DNA of 64,000 nt from Acidobacteria bacterium bin61. Lineage in GTDB: Bacteria > Acidobacteriota > Vicinamibacteria > Marinacidobacterales > SMYC01. Shown in pieces: positions 61,304 through 64,000 of the stretch (position 1 is the first letter of the stretch; every line of letters starts with the position of its first letter). The notes under the pieces are model-generated. The model had not been told where the DNA came from and made no database searches. It saw only the letters and a program-made list of their open reading frames with translations. The position numbers and the translations under genes were made by a program. The stretch is from positions 8,148 through 72,147 of the forward strand of contig CAUZCL010000019.1 of NCBI GenBank assembly GCA_963578475.1, in the 5' to 3' direction.

Positions 61304-62358
61304 GAAGAACCTTCTCCGTTTTTCTGGCGCCGCCTCCGTCGAAAATACTCCACTTGATATTTGCGCACGGCGTTTGAATGTTCGCGAAAGCTCCTCGAAA
61401 AATGATGGGTCCCGTCGTTTTTCGAAACGAAGTAGAGATAGGAGGAGTCTGCGGGCTCGAGCACGGCATCGATGGCCGCTTCGCCCGGCGAGGCGATGGG
61501 GCCGGGCGGGATGCCAGCGACGCGATAGGTGTTGTAGGGGCTCGCGAGCTCGAGGTCGACGCGGCGAATATTGCCGTCATACGTACCTTGGAGCTTCAGC
61601 GCGTAAATGATCGTGGTATCCATGCCGAGCGTCATCCCCCGCTCGAGGCGATTCCACACGACAGAGCCGATGAGCGGCCTCTCGTCGGCGCTCCCCGTTT
61701 CTTTTTCGATGATGGAGGCCAGGGCCATGACTTCACGCACCGTCAATCCCAGCTCTTTGGCTTTGCTCCTTTTGCCGTCGTCGAAAACGGCTTTGAATTG
61801 TCCCACCATCGCCAGGGCCACTTCGGCGGCCGTCGGGTTGCGCGTGAAATGGTACCGGGTGGGGAACAAGTAACCTTCGAGATTCGGCGCGTCTTGGTCG
61901 AGCTTTGCAATCAGAGCCCCGTTCTGGAATGCGTCTTCGAGCTCTTCCGCATTTCCGACATCGTGGCTCGCCAGGTGCTCGGCGATCTCGACGAGGGTCA
62001 AGCCTTCGGGAACGGTGACGCCGAACGTGTAGATGTCACCCGTGACGAGCCGATCCAACACCTCCATGGTGGAAAGCGGCTCAGAGAAGCGATACTCGCC
62101 CGCCTGAATGCGTGTGGTGTCGCCTCGCAGCCTGAGCGCCGCCTTGAAGATCCTCTCATCCTCGACGATACCTGCTTCGTCGAGAGCGCGTGCGATGGAT
62201 GCTCCGGCGGCCCCGCGCTCGACCGTGAAGAAAATCTCGTCGCCGAAACCCTTGTATGGCGTTTGCGCTGTCTCGTAAGCGCGGTAAGCGACGTAGCCGG
62301 AGGCAGCCGCGCCGATGAGCAGAATAAATACGAGCGTCTTGAGGGTGCGTACGCGCAT
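61300..62358 (-). CDS. mltG: Endolytic transglycosylase MltG
   Basis: AGEY, VPEG, LEGYLFP, LASIIEKET, SPYNTY...GIPPGPIASPG, YLYFV. Confidence 0.96.
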   Translation of the reverse strand: MRVRTLKTLVFILLIGAAASGYVAYRAYETAQTPYKGFGDEIFFTVERGAAGASIARALDEAGIVEDERIFKAALRLRGDTTRIQAGEYRFSEPLSTMEVLDRLVTGDIYTFGVTVPEGLTLVEIAEHLASHDVGNAEELEDAFQNGALIAKLDQDAPNLEGYLFPTRYHFTRNPTAAEVALAMVGQFKAVFDDGKRSKAKELGLTVREVMALASIIEKETGSADERPLIGSVVWNRLERGMTLGMDTTIIYALKLQGTYDGNIRRVDLELASPYNTYRVAGIPPGPIASPGEAAIDAVLEPADSSYLYFVSKNDGTHHFSRSFREHSNAVRKYQVEYFRRRRRQKNGEGSS

Positions 62359-62368
62359 ATCGGGAGTC

Positions 62369-62782
62369 CTACCTGCTCCTCGAATCCAGGTAGCCCTGGA
62401 GGATGAGCGCCGCGGCGACTTTGTCGATCGTCTGTTTGCGTTTTGCGCGCGACATGTCGGCCTCGAGAAGGGCGCGCTCTGCGCCTACGGTGGTGAACCG
62501 CTCGTCCCAGGTCGTCACCGTGAGCCCGGTCGCCTCGCGGAGCGCCTCGATGAAGCGACCGATTTTCTTTGCTTGAGGCCCTTCGGAGCCGTCGAGCGAC
62601 AAAGGCATCCCGACAAGAATCTCGGCAACGTCTTCGATGCGCGCGAGCTCCAAGAGGTGTGCGATGTCTTTGCGGTTCCCGCGGCGCTCGAGCGTTTCCT
62701 TGGGCGTCGCGATTACCGCACCTTCGTCGGAAAGAGCGACACCTATACGCTTGTCGCCGACGTCGAGTCCCATTAAACGCAT
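62369..62782 (-). CDS. ruvX: Holliday junction resolvase-like / pre-16S rRNA nuclease RuvX (YqgF)
   Basis: [37 protein letters not shown]. Confidence 0.96.
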   Translation of the reverse strand: MRLMGLDVGDKRIGVALSDEGAVIATPKETLERRGNRKDIAHLLELARIEDVAEILVGMPLSLDGSEGPQAKKIGRFIEALREATGLTVTTWDERFTTVGAERALLEADMSRAKRKQTIDKVAAALILQGYLDSRSR

Positions 62783-62839
62783 CGTTATATTTAAGGTTAA
62801 AGAGAGTATAGACTTCGCTCGGAAAAGCGGTCAAACAAG

Positions 62840-63877
62840 ATGATTCTACTCGGCGCGTCCGGACTTGCGCTCGAAAGCGACGATCGCACCCTTCTCTTCG
62901 CGCTGGCGCTTTCCGCGGCCACCGGGCGCCCATTCCGCTGGGAAGGCTTCCGCAACGAGACTAGCGGGCTCACGGCGAGCGAGGCGCACTGGGTCCAGTT
63001 CTTCGCCTCATTGTGCGATGCCCGAGCTTTTGCTGGCGAGTCCGGGGGCAGCGTTGTGGAGCTCGAGCCCGCCGTTATCGTACCGGGCGAGCACGAGATA
63101 GCCATTCCAGGGGACGAGCCTGCACTCCCGTTTCTGCGTGCCGCCCTTCTCTCGCTCGCGCGGACCAACGGCGAATCGCGCCTGGCGGTGAAAGGGAGCA
63201 CCCACGCGCCGGGGAACGAGACGTTCGAAGTGACGAGCTCGACCTGGACAGACCTACTGAAGCCGCTCGGTGTCGAGCTCGCGGTGCAGCTGCACTCTGC
63301 TGGATTTCTGCCGCGAGGCGGCGGCGAGATGACGGCGCACGTGACGGGCGGTGCGTGCTGGAAAGGGGCTGATTGGTCGAAGCGTGCCGAGCTCGACGCC
63401 ATTCAAATCGTTTCCGCCGGGGCGTCGCTTCCCGCTCACGTACAGCAGCGTCAGGCTGCTCGCGCTCGCTCGGGCGTCGCGATCTTGGGCATCGAGCCAG
63501 CCGTACAGCTTTTGAAGCTTCGTCCTGGAAGCTCTGGAAGTGTCGTGGCTCTCACGGGATCCTTCGGAGGGCTCCGCGTCACGATGGCTTCGGTGAGCGA
63601 GCGGGGGAAATCGGCCGAGACCGCCGGGGAAGAGGTCTCGGCCGCGTTTCGGCGCTACGCGCGACAGCCCTACGTCGTGCCCGAGCGCCTCGTGGACTCG
63701 CTCCTGCCTTTTCTCGCTTTCGCGGAAGGGCCGTCCAAGCTCACCACGCCGCGTCTTCTGCCCCGCGCACTCGCCTCCACGCAACTCATCGAGGCGTTCA
63801 CAGGGCGGAAAGTCGAGATAGACGGCAAGCCGAACGGCCCCGCGACAATTACGATCGGGTCGAGCTCTGAGCAGTAG
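62840..63877 (+). CDS. RNA 3'-terminal phosphate cyclase (RtcA)-fold protein with a degenerate active site
   Basis: ALALSAATGRPF, GSTH, GFLPRGGG, LPAHV, ERGKSAE and L.D.LLPFLAFA are present; GEGGGQ..R and the catalytic HxxTN are absent. Confidence 0.82.
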   Translation: MILLGASGLALESDDRTLLFALALSAATGRPFRWEGFRNETSGLTASEAHWVQFFASLCDARAFAGESGGSVVELEPAVIVPGEHEIAIPGDEPALPFLRAALLSLARTNGESRLAVKGSTHAPGNETFEVTSSTWTDLLKPLGVELAVQLHSAGFLPRGGGEMTAHVTGGACWKGADWSKRAELDAIQIVSAGASLPAHVQQRQAARARSGVAILGIEPAVQLLKLRPGSSGSVVALTGSFGGLRVTMASVSERGKSAETAGEEVSAAFRRYARQPYVVPERLVDSLLPFLAFAEGPSKLTTPRLLPRALASTQLIEAFTGRKVEIDGKPNGPATITIGSSSEQ

Positions 63878-63916
63878 TCGCGACAAAATCATTCGCGGAA
63901 AACTGGAAGAAAGAAC

Positions 63917-63935
63917 AGCCACAGAGCCACAGAGG
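63917..63935. repeat. CCACAGAG tandem unit, probable arm of an intergenic palindromic element
   Basis: AGCCACAGAGCCACAGAGG; the partner arm would lie beyond the window. Confidence 0.4.
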
Positions 63936-64000
63936 TCAAGAGGCGTTTCGTGAAAGCGGCTCCGGGAGAGGATGCAGAGGGAACTGAGAGAGAGCAACGA

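Noticed and set aside
1-64000. Genome-wide stop-codon reassignment
   Set aside because: Internal stops are a mix of TAA, TAG and TGA, often accompanied by frameshifts, and intact genes end in all three. Only fdnG has a SECIS.

Overview
GC-rich bacterial chromosomal window. Gene content (Ser/Thr kinase-PD40 remnants, TolB-N/TPR regulators, PQQ and NHL proteins) suggests Acidobacteriota, Vicinamibacteria-like; this taxonomy is an inference. Intact blocks: pgm-manA-phosphomannomutase; sirtuin plus HExxH protein plus PLP decarboxylase; corA; a SerB-SerA fusion; a boxR/boxCB aerobic benzoyl-CoA cluster with beta-oxidation genes but no boxA; a selenocysteine formate dehydrogenase operon (fdnGHI...fdhE) with a SECIS; and mltG-ruvX divergent from a catalytically degenerate RtcA homologue. 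Between these blocks lies a dense patchwork of pseudogenes and chimeric gene fragments, nine of them resembling an expanded Ser/Thr kinase family. I found no tRNA, rRNA, CRISPR array, integrase or intact transposase. Best leads: the RtcA pseudo-enzyme next to ruvX, a ~170-nt multi-stem candidate RNA at 24.8-24.96 kb, the kinase-fragment mosaic, and the BoxA-less Box cluster with a variant operator. All family calls come from motif recognition by eye, without database searches.
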